This document shows positions 19,109 to 29,342 of a stretch of DNA of 64,000 bases, in pieces. A program made the translations under genes and the position numbers. Where the stretch lies: NCBI GenBank assembly GCA_977020255.1, contig CDROCS010000410.1, forward strand, positions 558,001 through 622,000. The letters are read 5' to 3'. Source of the DNA: Obrimoposthia wandeli (lineage: Eukaryota). How positions within the stretch are numbered: position 1 is the stretch's first letter; each line of letters starts with the position of its first letter. A model generated the notes under the pieces. That model ran no database searches. It worked only from the letters and a program-made list of their open reading frames with translations, and had not been told where the DNA came from.

Positions 19109-20753
19109 GTTTAATATCCTTATCTGCATGCTCTTTTGGTAAATACACCGTCATTCTTGTTCCTTTATTATCAATACTTTCCATCATTAACTGACCGTTA
19201 TATTGGTTAATGATTTGATCGACAAGATGCAGCCCTACGCCTCGGTTACTGTCCGATTTGCTAGAGACACCTTGCTTAATTAATTCTTGCTGGGCGATAC
19301 CTTTTGGTAAACCACAGCCATTGTCTTCAACTTCCATGATGATTTCATCACCAAAGTCAGAAATACTCACCGAGACTTTTCGTTCAGATTTTGGCGTATC
19401 ACTGCTAATACAAGCATCAAAACCATTATCGATAAAGTTACCGAGTATGGTCACTAAGTCTTCTGCGCGAATATGTTCAGGTAAGGCAAGTAGCTGTGAG
19501 CCGTCATCAATATCTAATAATAGCCCTAACTCTCGCGCTCTTTCACTTTTACCCAGCAATACACCAGCAATCATCGGCTCGTGAATAGCCTCACGTAAAA
19601 ACTCAATTAAGTGTTGATAACGTTCAGTCTCTTGTCCAATCAAACCTAGCACTTCTTCATTTCGCCCTAGGTGGATAAGGCCACTGATGGTATTTAATTT
19701 GTTACTGTGTTCATGGGTTTGCGAGCGTAACAAGTCTGAGTACTCACGTACTTGTGATAGCTGCTTAGTCAGTTCGCTGATCTCATCTTTAAGGCGAAAA
19801 CTCGATACCGCGCCAACGACTTGATTATCAACAATAAGGATTTGCCTATTAGCGACAATAGCTTGGCCTTTAATCATCATTTCAACATTATATTCGTTGG
19901 CTTTAGTCGTCAAAATTTCGGTTAAATTATTCTCGGGTAATACTTCATCCATTCTATGGTTAAGCACATCTTCCGCTTTCACTTTAAAAATATCACAGGC
20001 ACTACGGTTAATAGAGCGTAAGTAACCATTCGCATCAATACTCACCACCCCTTCTTTAATCGTACTCAGGGTAACTTCAAGTTCCATATACAAACGACCG
20101 AACTCTTCAGGTTCAAAACCAAATATCGCATTCTGAAATTTCTTCGCGGTAAAGTTAGAAATCAAAGCGTTCGTCAGTACCACCAGCGTGATCATAATAA
20201 GCAGGAAGATAAAGAAGTGATCGGCTTTACTCTCAATACTCGTTAGCAGGTAACCAACCGACACAACGCCGACAATATTACCATTAGTATCAATAATCGG
20301 CGTCTTGCCTCTGACTGACCGGCCTAATGAGCCATTGGCAACCGAGACATAAGATAGACCTTGTTTTAAGGCGCGATCATTATCATCGCCCTTCATCGGC
20401 TTACCAATTCGTTCATTTATAGGATGAGATAAACGGATACCATCTTTATTACCGACGACAATAAACGCCGCATTAACAGACGCGCGTAAATATTCAATTT
20501 TATTACGGATCAGTTCAGGGTTATTCGTTTCTATCGCTTTAATAACACATGGCGATGTAGACAAAAATTTAGCGATACCAAGGGCATTATTACCACTGTC
20601 TTGTTCTTCCCAGTGCTTTAAATAAACAAACCCGGCAACAGATAAGATCAATAATTTAACAATACCGGACAAAGTCATGATCAATAATAAGCGCCGTCTA
20701 AAGCTTAATTTCTGCCAATTAAACAAGGCGTTATTTTTAAAGATTGTAATCAT
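19095..20753 (-). CDS. CitA/DpiB-family sensor histidine kinase
   Basis: Cache-like periplasmic domain (RLSHP, GSLGRSVRGK), PAS, LRSQTHEHSNKL, EDNGCG, RGVGL. Confidence 0.92.
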   Translation of the reverse strand: MITIFKNNALFNWQKLSFRRRLLLIMTLSGIVKLLILSVAGFVYLKHWEEQDSGNNALGIAKFLSTSPCVIKAIETNNPELIRNKIEYLRASVNAAFIVVGNKDGIRLSHPINERIGKPMKGDDNDRALKQGLSYVSVANGSLGRSVRGKTPIIDTNGNIVGVVSVGYLLTSIESKADHFFIFLLIMITLVVLTNALISNFTAKKFQNAIFGFEPEEFGRLYMELEVTLSTIKEGVVSIDANGYLRSINRSACDIFKVKAEDVLNHRMDEVLPENNLTEILTTKANEYNVEMMIKGQAIVANRQILIVDNQVVGAVSSFRLKDEISELTKQLSQVREYSDLLRSQTHEHSNKLNTISGLIHLGRNEEVLGLIGQETERYQHLIEFLREAIHEPMIAGVLLGKSERARELGLLLDIDDGSQLLALPEHIRAEDLVTILGNFIDNGFDACISSDTPKSERKVSVSISDFGDEIIMEVEDNGCGLPKGIAQQELIKQGVSSKSDSNRGVGLHLVDQIINQYNGQLMMESIDNKGTRMTVYLPKEHADKDIKHDIS

Positions 20754-21059
20754 GCCAGTAAAACCGATGGTAAAGAGAAGCTAATGATAACATTAATCCG
20801 TATTTATAACTCGGAATTAGCATAAACTCTGCTTAACCCCCTGTTCAGTAAAATAGTATTAACATGATTATAAATACTAACCAGCCAAAGCCAGAATAAA
20901 TAAAAGTGTTTGTAAGATAGTTAGTAATAATAAATTTACACTAATTTAACTTTTGAAACGCTATTATCAAAAAATTTAAGGTATCATGCTCCCTCTTAAG
21001 AGGCATATTAGATATCTATTTAATATGCACGATGCAACGACTGCGGAGATAAACAAGTA

Positions 21060-22589
21060 ATGAATAAAAGAAACACTCAGATCATTAATGAAGAAGTTTC
21101 ATTTGATGTGCAAGATGAACTCGTTTCTACCACCGATATTCGGGGGGTCATTACGTACGCGAATACGACGTTCTGCCAAATCGCAGGTTTTGAACTTGAT
21201 GAATTAGTCGGTGAAAATCATAATATTGTCCGCCACCCTGATATGCCGATGGCAGCATTTAAAGACCTTTGGACCAACCTACAAGCCGGTAAACCTTGGC
21301 GCGGCGCGGTTAAAAATCGCTGTAAAGATGGCCGCTATTACTGGGTTGATGCTTTTGTTACCCCAATCCATGAACAAGGCCAATTAGTGGGCTATCAATC
21401 AGTTCGAAAAAAACTAGCCCTTGCAGACAAACAAAGAGCAGAATCTGCCTACGCAACCATCAATAACGGTAAAAGTTTATTTCAGTGGTACCAGCGTCCG
21501 GTATTAAAACCACTGGCATTTTCTATCATCAGCGCCTTGATCTTGTTTTTCGGCCAGAGCATACCTTATTTAAACATCGCATTACCCTTGCTGCCTTTCA
21601 TCATATTCTATAACGAGTTGATCACAGTGCCACGCTACTTTGCCAGCTTGAAACAACGTTATGATAGTGTCTCACGCTATGTATTCTCGGGCTTGAAGCC
21701 ACAAGGTATTGTCGATTTTCAACTGAAGATTGAAGAAGGCAAGATCCAAACGATTCTAGGCCGCGTGGTTGATAGCAGTCGCGCACTGGAGATGGGGGCA
21801 GATAACCTCACCTCTGCAGCGCATCGAGCGAAAGCAGGTGTCGAACAAGAAACCGCTGAACTGCATCAAGTCGCCACTGCAATAACAGAAATGGCATCAA
21901 CGATTGCTGAGGTATCGCAAAATACACTATTAACATCAGAGAAAGTACAGCTCGCCCACGACGATTGTGAAAGTGCCACCAAAGCCATGTCAGAGACCAT
22001 GTTACAAGTGGGTCAACTCGCCACGGATGTTGCACAGTCTGCCGCATCAGCAAGTATGCTATCGGATGAAGCTCAGAAAATCAGCGTTATCATGTTAGAG
22101 ATACGTGGCATTGCCGACCAAACTAACTTGTTGGCACTGAATGCTGCCATTGAAGCTGCGCGTGCTGGTGAACATGGACGTGGATTTTCGGTTGTTGCCG
22201 ATGAAGTGAGGGCATTATCGACTCGTAGTCATAAAGCCACAGAGCAAATTCAAACCTCGATTAACGAGATCCAACAAACGTTAGTAAAATGGTCCACAAC
22301 CATGCAACAAGGTAAAGAGTCTGCCGAATTGTGTGTCGGGGAATCGCAGAAAACGCAAACCATGATGCAAAATGTATATGGTGCTATCACCGATATTTCC
22401 GATCTTGCGATCCAAATATCCAGTGCATCAGAAGAACAGAATATGGTGTCGCAAGAAATCAGCCGTAATATCGTCAATATCAGTGATGCTTCACAGCACA
22501 ATTTACAACAAACAGAGTTAGTCGAGCGTGAAGCCAATGATATTAATACCAACTCTAAATCGCTAGCAGCCTTGGGCTTAACCTTTTAA
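21060..22589 (+). CDS. aer: PAS-containing methyl-accepting chemotaxis protein (aerotaxis receptor)
   Basis: [60 protein letters not shown]. Confidence 0.9.
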   Translation: MNKRNTQIINEEVSFDVQDELVSTTDIRGVITYANTTFCQIAGFELDELVGENHNIVRHPDMPMAAFKDLWTNLQAGKPWRGAVKNRCKDGRYYWVDAFVTPIHEQGQLVGYQSVRKKLALADKQRAESAYATINNGKSLFQWYQRPVLKPLAFSIISALILFFGQSIPYLNIALPLLPFIIFYNELITVPRYFASLKQRYDSVSRYVFSGLKPQGIVDFQLKIEEGKIQTILGRVVDSSRALEMGADNLTSAAHRAKAGVEQETAELHQVATAITEMASTIAEVSQNTLLTSEKVQLAHDDCESATKAMSETMLQVGQLATDVAQSAASASMLSDEAQKISVIMLEIRGIADQTNLLALNAAIEAARAGEHGRGFSVVADEVRALSTRSHKATEQIQTSINEIQQTLVKWSTTMQQGKESAELCVGESQKTQTMMQNVYGAITDISDLAIQISSASEEQNMVSQEISRNIVNISDASQHNLQQTELVEREANDINTNSKSLAALGLTF

Positions 22590-22609
22590 CCTTTTAACCT
22601 TTTAACCTA
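22578..22609 (+). repeat. 8-bp tandem repeat x4 spanning two convergent stop codons
   Basis: (TTAACCTT)3 followed by TTAACCTA. Confidence 0.9.
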
Positions 22610-23497
22610 GCACCATAAATGTTGTTTAAGATAATCTAAAAACACCCTGATTTTAGGGGAAATAAGATCACGTTTTAAGTACAGCGCATACGTTGAACTA
22701 AGTCGCTCATAGGGACTAAAGCAGTGTTGCGCGAGTACTTGCACCAAACGGCCATTTTCTAACTCACTATTCACCGCCCAGCGCGCGGCCAACACTAAAC
22801 CTGCATGGTTTAATACTAATTGCTTTTGACCATTCACCGAATTAACAACCAAACCCGCTTTAATAGCCAATTTACGCGGTTTCTCCCCCATCAAATACCA
22901 ATCGCGCCAGCCACTATAGCCATAGCTAATACAGTTGAAATTGATTAAATCATCCGGCATTTCAGGCGTGCCATTTGCAGCTAAGTATTGTGGTGTCGCA
23001 CACAACAAAAAGTCGTTATCCGTTAACTTACTAGCAATCAGATTTGAATCTGGAATACGACCACTGCGAATCGCAATATCAACATTATCCTCGACTAAAT
23101 CAACCACCCTTTCTGTTAACTCTAATTCAATATTTACATCGGGATAAGCCTGCATAAATCCCGGTACCAGTGGTAATACACATGATTCGCCAAACCCAAC
23201 TGTCATGCTGACTTTTAGATTGCCTTTTGGGCTTTGCTGTAAGTCATTAACCGCACGGTTAGCTTCATCTAATTCAGCAACAATACGTTGTGAATAATGA
23301 TAATAAGTCGAACCCGCTTCTGTTAAACCAATATTGCGCGTGGTGCGGTTGAGTAAACGAATACCGAGTTCAGCCTCTAGCGCCGCAAGCTGCCGTGATA
23401 TTGAAGAGGGTTGTACGTCGAAAAAACGACTTGCTGCAGAAATACTGCCCATTTCGACTACACAATTAAAATAGTGTAGTCGTGTGATCATACTCAT
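22607..23497 (-). CDS. LysR-family regulator (CrgA/DmlR type)
   Basis: HTH, LLNRTTRNI.LTEAG, DLVEDNVDIAIR. Confidence 0.94.
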   Translation of the reverse strand: MSMITRLHYFNCVVEMGSISAASRFFDVQPSSISRQLAALEAELGIRLLNRTTRNIGLTEAGSTYYHYSQRIVAELDEANRAVNDLQQSPKGNLKVSMTVGFGESCVLPLVPGFMQAYPDVNIELELTERVVDLVEDNVDIAIRSGRIPDSNLIASKLTDNDFLLCATPQYLAANGTPEMPDDLINFNCISYGYSGWRDWYLMGEKPRKLAIKAGLVVNSVNGQKQLVLNHAGLVLAARWAVNSELENGRLVQVLAQHCFSPYERLSSTYALYLKRDLISPKIRVFLDYLKQHLWC

Positions 23498-23529
23498 TAA
23501 TGTGTTTTACCTTTTTTCATATAGAAAGA

Positions 23530-24741
23530 TCAGTCTAAATCTCGGTGTTTTTTACTGTACACATTTGCCAAAGGCTGCGCACTAAATCCATGAGCAAAAA
23601 TACTCATCAGGATAGTCAGGGTCACGATGGCATACACAACTGTAAAGTCACCCACACCTTCCAGTTCATGCGCCACAATCAATACATACAAAATTGAGGC
23701 AATACCGCGCGGCCCAAACCAAGCAATAAACAGACGGCTCTCATAATCTAACTTAGTCCCAATTAATGAAATCATTACAGGTAACATGCGTAACACAGTA
23801 AGGCTTAACAAGGCATAGATAACCACGTTTAAGCTAATACTATGCAGCGTTAATGGCACAAATGCCAAGCCGAAGAGGAAGAAACTGATCAAGATAAATA
23901 ACTCCCCTTCACTCTCTGCAAACTCTTCAATATGCTCCCTTGCTTGCTGACTGGTATTGCCAATGTATAAACCAGCAAAAAATGCCGCAATAAAGCCATT
24001 ACCAAGTAAAAGTTCAGCAAGGTAGAAAGCTAAGATCGCCAGCGCTATCGGGATCAAGTTTTGGTAGCTTTCTTCTATCCAGTTAAATTGAATGGCCTTA
24101 TTTAATAATTTCGCGCCAAGATAACCCACAATACCACCGACTAACACACCAAAGACGATTTGCTCGGCCACATACCAAACCCAATCGAAATTCTCAGATT
24201 TAGCCATACCGCTGGTTATCAGCGCCACAACAGTCAAGATCACAGGAAAAACAATACCATCGTTCAAGCCACTCTCTACATTGATACTTGAGCGGATAGT
24301 TTTCGGTACTTTCGGATCAGTTACCACAGCCTTGCCTAACGCTGCATCCGTTGGCGTTAACAATAGCGCGAGTAAAATCATGTAGGTAAGCGGTTGTTCT
24401 GGGAATAACCATACTGCAACAGCTGTGCCGGCAATAATGGTCAAAGGCAACCCGATAAACAGTAATCTTGCTGGTATTTGCCACGAACGTCGCAGTAACT
24501 TAAGGTCTAACAATGCCGCATCACTGAATAATACTAATACCAGTGCAATTTCCACCAGCACAGTGACAAATTCAGCATCAATTTCAACCGCGGTAATGTT
24601 CAATCCAAACGGTGAACAAATAAGTCCCAATACGGTAAACACCATAGGACCGGATATATCATATTGCGCAAGTTTTTTGGAAATAAAACCATAAAACAAA
24701 ACGATCAAGGCAATAATTAAAATAACGACGTGTTCGTCCAT
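23530..24741 (-). CDS. Cation:proton antiporter, CPA1/NhaP type
   Basis: LTPTDAALG, VESGLNDG, WFGPRGIAS. Confidence 0.9.
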   Translation of the reverse strand: MDEHVVILIIALIVLFYGFISKKLAQYDISGPMVFTVLGLICSPFGLNITAVEIDAEFVTVLVEIALVLVLFSDAALLDLKLLRRSWQIPARLLFIGLPLTIIAGTAVAVWLFPEQPLTYMILLALLLTPTDAALGKAVVTDPKVPKTIRSSINVESGLNDGIVFPVILTVVALITSGMAKSENFDWVWYVAEQIVFGVLVGGIVGYLGAKLLNKAIQFNWIEESYQNLIPIALAILAFYLAELLLGNGFIAAFFAGLYIGNTSQQAREHIEEFAESEGELFILISFFLFGLAFVPLTLHSISLNVVIYALLSLTVLRMLPVMISLIGTKLDYESRLFIAWFGPRGIASILYVLIVAHELEGVGDFTVVYAIVTLTILMSIFAHGFSAQPLANVYSKKHRDLD

Positions 24742-24756
24742 GACTAAAACTCCAAC

Positions 24757-25131
24757 CTAAAGTGAATTAATTTCTTTGACCATCGCAATCACTTGCTGAT
24801 GGGTCTTCGCGTTTATTTTTGCTGAACAACAATAATTTTCAATAACCGCATGCTTACGGACTAACTCGACAAATTCGGGTACTTGAATTGGTTTGTTCAA
24901 ACACAAAAACAGCTTATCCTCTGCCACATCGTTAGTCGTGGGTAATGAAAAAGTAGCGCCTGAACCATCGATTAACCTGTCTTCTGTTTCATAATTAGCT
25001 TGATTCAAGTCAGCGTCATTTAACCACTCCGTCAATGACTCAACATAAATAAGTTCGTCTTCACCGTGATACTTGATCACTGCTGGCCAGTTTATCATTT
25101 GCAGGTTCCTTACATGCTTAGCTGTTCGCAT
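24757..25131 (-). CDS. DUF4144-like small protein (likely start MINWP at 25098)
   Basis: WPAVIK..G.DEL.Y, D.LIDG.G and ELVRKHA....CCSAK pattern. Confidence 0.65.
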   Translation of the reverse strand: MRTAKHVRNLQMINWPAVIKYHGEDELIYVESLTEWLNDADLNQANYETEDRLIDGSGATFSLPTTNDVAEDKLFLCLNKPIQVPEFVELVRKHAVIENYCCSAKINAKTHQQVIAMVKEINSL

Positions 25132-25289
25132 ATGTTAATAGACTACTGTAACAGCTTGTTATTCGCATTTCAGTTATCAAATTCAGATACTTAGCTTTTG
25201 GTCTAGATACCTATCTCGACAATAGTTATTTTTTATCATATTTATGTGGATGAAACTGGGTATAATGCTGCCATCATCACCTCACATAA

Positions 25290-25946
25290 ATGACCAATGT
25301 GGAAACAGAACAAATAACCTCAAAAAATAACCTTCGTACAACAATGGATACCATTTTAGATAATATCCATGAGCATGGTTATGCAGTCATCGAAGATGCA
25401 TTTCCAGAAGGTGTTATTGAAGCATTACTGGCAGATTGCCTTGAAAACCAACCTGATTTTAAAGCCGCAGGTATAGGTCGTCATCAAGATTCACAATTAA
25501 ACAAACAAATACGTAAAGATAAGACGCTATGGTTAACAGGCTCAAGCCCTGCACAAGCTGATTTTATGGCGCTAACAGATGAGATTAGACTGGAAGTAAA
25601 CCGTAACTTTTACTTAGGTTTGTTTGATTACGAATGTCATTACGCAAAATATGAAGTAGGTGATTTTTATCAAAAACACCTAGATGCGTTTAAAGGTAAA
25701 TCCAACCGCGTGTTCACGACTGTCTGTTATCTCAATACACCAGATGCTGGCGGCGAGTTACTTGTCTATGCACAAGATTCAGATGATGTGATCGCACGCG
25801 TGTCACCAAAAGCAGGTACCTTGGTGGTATTTGAAAGTGAACGTTTTCCGCATGAAGTACTTGCAGCTGAGTCCGAGCGTTATTCAATTGCAGGCTGGTT
25901 TAGAACGAACAATTCAATTGCTGGCACGATAGACCCAACGTCATAG
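25290..25946 (+). CDS. 2OG-Fe(II) oxygenase (prolyl-hydroxylase-like)
   Basis: FYQKHLD (HxD), PHEV and RYSIAGW. Confidence 0.9.
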   Translation: MTNVETEQITSKNNLRTTMDTILDNIHEHGYAVIEDAFPEGVIEALLADCLENQPDFKAAGIGRHQDSQLNKQIRKDKTLWLTGSSPAQADFMALTDEIRLEVNRNFYLGLFDYECHYAKYEVGDFYQKHLDAFKGKSNRVFTTVCYLNTPDAGGELLVYAQDSDDVIARVSPKAGTLVVFESERFPHEVLAAESERYSIAGWFRTNNSIAGTIDPTS

Positions 25947-26030
25947 GCTGTTATTAATACAGCTATACAGGTGCGGTTACGAGCCTATATACGAAATTAT
26001 ATACAGAGCTATATAAAGAACTATAAGCAT

Positions 26031-26070
26031 AAAAAAGACGAGTGATATTGCTATCACTCGTCTTTTTTTT
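26031..26070. terminator. Bidirectional rho-independent terminator
   Basis: AAAAAAGACGAGTGATA/TATCACTCGTCTTTTTT. Confidence 0.88.
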
Positions 26071-26164
26071 CATTCTTTCAAGCGCTCTGTTTAACACTTA
26101 GTTCAAAACTCTTTATTCAAACCTTATCTCAAACCAGCCTTCAAACTAAAGCTTAAAATAGCGT

Positions 26165-26539
26165 TTAGCGTTCGCCTTGTACTTCAAAGTCATCAGCTGC
26201 TAATAACGCGCTGCCATCTGCTTGAATACGCCATTGTTCGTGATGAACTTCGCCAAATGCTTTGTTCATTGTCCATTTAGCTGTTAATACATAACTGTCG
26301 TCATTCATCGCTACCCATTCAATGTCAGTGTAATCAACATCGTTAAAACCTTGGTCGATGATACCTTGCCAAAATGTTTGGATCTCTTCACGACCAGTGA
26401 ATGTGCCAAACGGACGCGCGTGCATCACAGTGCCTTCTTCATATTGCGCGGCACAACCTGCTGCATCTTGACTGTTAAAAGCTGTCTGCCATGCTGCGAT
26501 TGCTGTTTTACATGCTGTTAAGATTTGATCTTGTGTCAT
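26165..26539 (-). CDS. SnoaL/NTF2-like (DUF4440-type) small protein
   Basis: AFNSQDAAGCAAQY...GREEIQTFWQ pattern. Confidence 0.72.
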   Translation of the reverse strand: MTQDQILTACKTAIAAWQTAFNSQDAAGCAAQYEEGTVMHARPFGTFTGREEIQTFWQGIIDQGFNDVDYTDIEWVAMNDDSYVLTAKWTMNKAFGEVHHEQWRIQADGSALLAADDFEVQGER

Positions 26540-26750
26540 TGTTCTTGCTCCGATGAAGTATCTGGCTGTTATATAAGTGTTTAGTTCTTCTCTTATATAA
26601 GTGTCTAGCTATTATGTAAGTCTATGGCGTTACTTTAGCGTTATAATTAACAAACAAAAACAGACTAATTAGAAAACACTGTTAAGATAAACAGAACAAT
26701 AGCCATAATGAACAACCAACACGCTAGATGACATTAGGTAAGCATAAACC

Positions 26751-27665
26751 ATGAGTAAATTAAAACAGATGACGGTATTCATGTATGTCGTCAAACTCGG
26801 TTCGATAACTAAAGCAGCAGAAAAGCTCGACGTATCCAAGTCGGTTGTCAGCCAACACCTTAAACAATTGGAGTCAGAGCTTGCTGTTACCTTGCTTAAA
26901 CGTACTACGCGTAAGCAGAGCCTGACAACCGCAGGTGAACACTTTTATCTACAATGTTGCACCATGCATGAATTGGCCGAACAAGCTTGGCAAGACGCCC
27001 AACAATTACAGTTAACGCCGCAAGGATTAATCAAGATCACTGCGCCGCATGCGTTAATGGATCATTTGGTGTTGCCCGCGCTACACGAAGTATTTCATGC
27101 CTATCCAGACGTTGAGCTTGAATTGATTAGTCACGATGGTCGTTCTGATTTGATGCAAGAAGGTATTGATATCGCGATACGGGTTGGCGAGTCGAAGATA
27201 AGTAATCTTAAGCAAAAGCGTATTGGTGATTTTAGGGATGTGCTGTGTGGTTCAGTCGCAACGATTAACAACCACCAAGCAGATATAGCGGCATTAGAAG
27301 TAGAGAATATCAGATACGTTGCTAATCACTGGCAAGAAAAGTCGATTCATCACAGCTTTAGTCGTAAGAACAGTCACAATGATAAAAGTCGCTCAAATCG
27401 AAATGGCTCGCCACGCTTTGAACTTAACTTTAAAACCCATCATAAGGCTAATACCCTGCCCACTTGTTTGAGTATGCTAGAGCAAGGTTTTGGTGTGGGT
27501 ATTATTCCGGACTTTATCTTTGCTAAACATAAGCATGCATTGGCAGAGTTATTACCAGACCATCAACTCGACAAGGTCAATGTCTATGCATTGCATTCTT
27601 ATCAAGCTGCGGTACCGATTGGCGTGACGATGGCGATAAAGGCTATTGCCAAGCGTCTTGGGTAA
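26751..27665 (+). CDS. LysR-family regulator
   Basis: HTH, LLKRTTRKQSLT.AG, GIDIAIRVG. Confidence 0.93.
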   Translation: MSKLKQMTVFMYVVKLGSITKAAEKLDVSKSVVSQHLKQLESELAVTLLKRTTRKQSLTTAGEHFYLQCCTMHELAEQAWQDAQQLQLTPQGLIKITAPHALMDHLVLPALHEVFHAYPDVELELISHDGRSDLMQEGIDIAIRVGESKISNLKQKRIGDFRDVLCGSVATINNHQADIAALEVENIRYVANHWQEKSIHHSFSRKNSHNDKSRSNRNGSPRFELNFKTHHKANTLPTCLSMLEQGFGVGIIPDFIFAKHKHALAELLPDHQLDKVNVYALHSYQAAVPIGVTMAIKAIAKRLG

Positions 27666-27682
27666 TTGCTAATGCCTAGTTA

Positions 27683-27719
27683 TATAACGAGCTATAACGA
27701 GCTATAACGAGCTATAACG
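27683..27719 (+). repeat. 10-bp tandem repeat, about 3.7 copies
   Basis: (TATAACGAGC)3 followed by TATAACG, between convergent genes. Confidence 0.92.
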
Positions 27720-27926
27720 TTAAGTTTTAGCTTTTTGGCGGAGTTCAGTTACGACTTCGCCACCAATTCCCCAGTTGTCAGTATTCACTTCGTCGATAAC
27801 GACAACGGTGGTTTTCGGATTCTTCCCTAATACATCCACCAGCAATTGCGTTGCACCAGCGATTAACTGGGCTTTTTGCTCTTTCGTTACTTGTTCATCA
27901 GTGATTTTAATATTGATATACGGCAT
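27720..27926 (-). CDS. 4-oxalocrotonate tautomerase family protein
   Basis: N-terminal Pro (MPYINIK), VVVIDEV..DNWGIGG. Confidence 0.9.
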   Translation of the reverse strand: MPYINIKITDEQVTKEQKAQLIAGATQLLVDVLGKNPKTTVVVIDEVNTDNWGIGGEVVTELRQKAKT

Positions 27927-27960
27927 AGTGTTGCATCCTGCATTACTTTAGAGGTAATAA

Positions 27961-28113
27961 CTTTACCTGAGATATAGTATTTATGCTATTGGCAGTGTTG
28001 GTTTTTTAGGAGCTTGGCTTGGTGGTGCTCTAAGCAATTACTGGCCATTACTGGACAATAATGGCTTAGAGGTTACGATTCAAAGAATATGCTTCGCATT
28101 ACTAAAAGTATAG
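27961..28113 (+). pseudogene. Possible start-less membrane-protein remnant
   Basis: 50 open codons (IYAIGSVGFLGAWLGGALSNYWPLL...) with no ATG or SD. Confidence 0.3.
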
Positions 28114-28121
28114 CGAAATTG

Positions 28122-28163
28122 AAATAAACGCCTGCGTGTGGGGCGCCGAAGGTGTTTCAGGCG
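28122..28163 (-). terminator. Probable terminator of the pilin-like gene
   Basis: CGCCTG/CAGGCG stem; TTTATTT follows on the minus strand. Confidence 0.5.
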
Positions 28164-28195
28164 GCCGCTGTAGCCATATGAATTTGAGGTGACTT

Positions 28196-28801
28196 CTACT
28201 CAACTGGAGACAGCTCTTTTGGGTACTTGCCACCTGTCAGACAGACTATTCCACCGAGCATTCCATTGTCATACCTGACTCTTCCCGCTGAGTCTGAATC
28301 TGCTTTGCTATCAACGCCGTCAATCTGCACATTGACCTGACGGGTTGTTTCGCCAGGCATCAGCCAGATGCAGGCAGAAATAGAGCAGGATCCTGATGAT
28401 TTTCTACAGCCGTCCGGCGAACTGCCTTTTACCCAGTCGGTGCCGTCTTCTTTACTGAGCAGTTGAGCTGCATTATAAACCGGGTGATCAATATACTGCT
28501 CGCCGCCGAGCCAGTAGTCCTGATACGGAATATAGGGACCTTTCCAACCAGGAATACCCGGATTTTCAATCAGGTGAACAATTTTCAGATAGCCATAAGC
28601 AGGGTTTGTATCGGATGTAATAGTAAGCTCTTCACCGGTATCTTTCGCGTACTGTTCTGCCGCACTCAGGAGTTTCTGCAGATCGTTGATAACAACCGTG
28701 GCTTTTTCAGTGTGGTCAGTCGCGTATGAAACTGAGCTGATACCCAGCCATAAGCTGACGATCAGCATATGGCTGGCGGATTTTATAGCTGCTTTAAACA
28801 A
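28196..28801 (-). CDS. Secreted protein with a GspG/PulG pseudopilin-like head
   Basis: TTG start with AGGAG SD; Sec-type signal ending SYA; DL..L..A...Y..DTG helix; L..L...PG..GWKGPY; four C-terminal Cys. Confidence 0.7.
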   Translation of the reverse strand: MFKAAIKSASHMLIVSLWLGISSVSYATDHTEKATVVINDLQKLLSAAEQYAKDTGEELTITSDTNPAYGYLKIVHLIENPGIPGWKGPYIPYQDYWLGGEQYIDHPVYNAAQLLSKEDGTDWVKGSSPDGCRKSSGSCSISACIWLMPGETTRQVNVQIDGVDSKADSDSAGRVRYDNGMLGGIVCLTGGKYPKELSPVE

Positions 28802-29001
28802 GGCACTTCTCCTAGTCAGGGTAAAATTCGATATAGATGATTTATTTTGGTTGTTAACGTCAATGATCCTGTCAGCTGTTTATACTGACATGTGTCAAGT
28901 TGACCTAATGAATGTCCGGATATAGCTTTAGCAACTAAATCTCTACTACATTATCCCCTAATAGTGATAAAATCTCCGCACCAAAATAACCGAGAAACTC
29001 T

Positions 29002-29340
29002 ATGTTAATCCATCATGTTAACGGCATCGACTGGCTGGTGATTACAGCTTTTGAAGAACTGAAAACTATATTTATCGAAGAAGCGGCTGCGATCACCTTT
29101 TGCTTCTCTACCGCCAGCGAATTGAACCTGATTGATCAAGCCAAGCGCACTTATGGATATTTGCCTACACTCAGGGGCGTAATTACCGATACCGGTACTT
29201 TTCAAAGCCAGGATAACGATGAAGATTTGAACCCACAGCTTGCCTGCCTAGTTGAAGGGCGTGGTCGGGTATTTATCTACCACGGCGGCTTTGTGGCTTT
29301 TGTGGATGACGAGCAAACCTTTATTACCCGAATGGATTGA
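29002..29340 (+). CDS. Hypothetical cytoplasmic protein, 112 aa
   Basis: Intact ORF with protein-like composition; no motif recognised. Confidence 0.65.
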   Translation: MLIHHVNGIDWLVITAFEELKTIFIEEAAAITFCFSTASELNLIDQAKRTYGYLPTLRGVITDTGTFQSQDNDEDLNPQLACLVEGRGRVFIYHGGFVAFVDDEQTFITRMD

Positions 29341-29342
29341 CG

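Noticed and set aside
27683-27719. Short tandem arrays (here, and at 22578 and 34006) as CRISPR arrays
   Set aside because: Units are 8-16 bp, contiguous, with no unique spacers, and no cas genes are in the window.
28122-28195. GC-rich palindrome as an integron attC site
   Set aside because: No RYYYAAC/GTTRRRY core pair at suitable spacing and no integrase; a terminator for the minus-strand gene explains it better.
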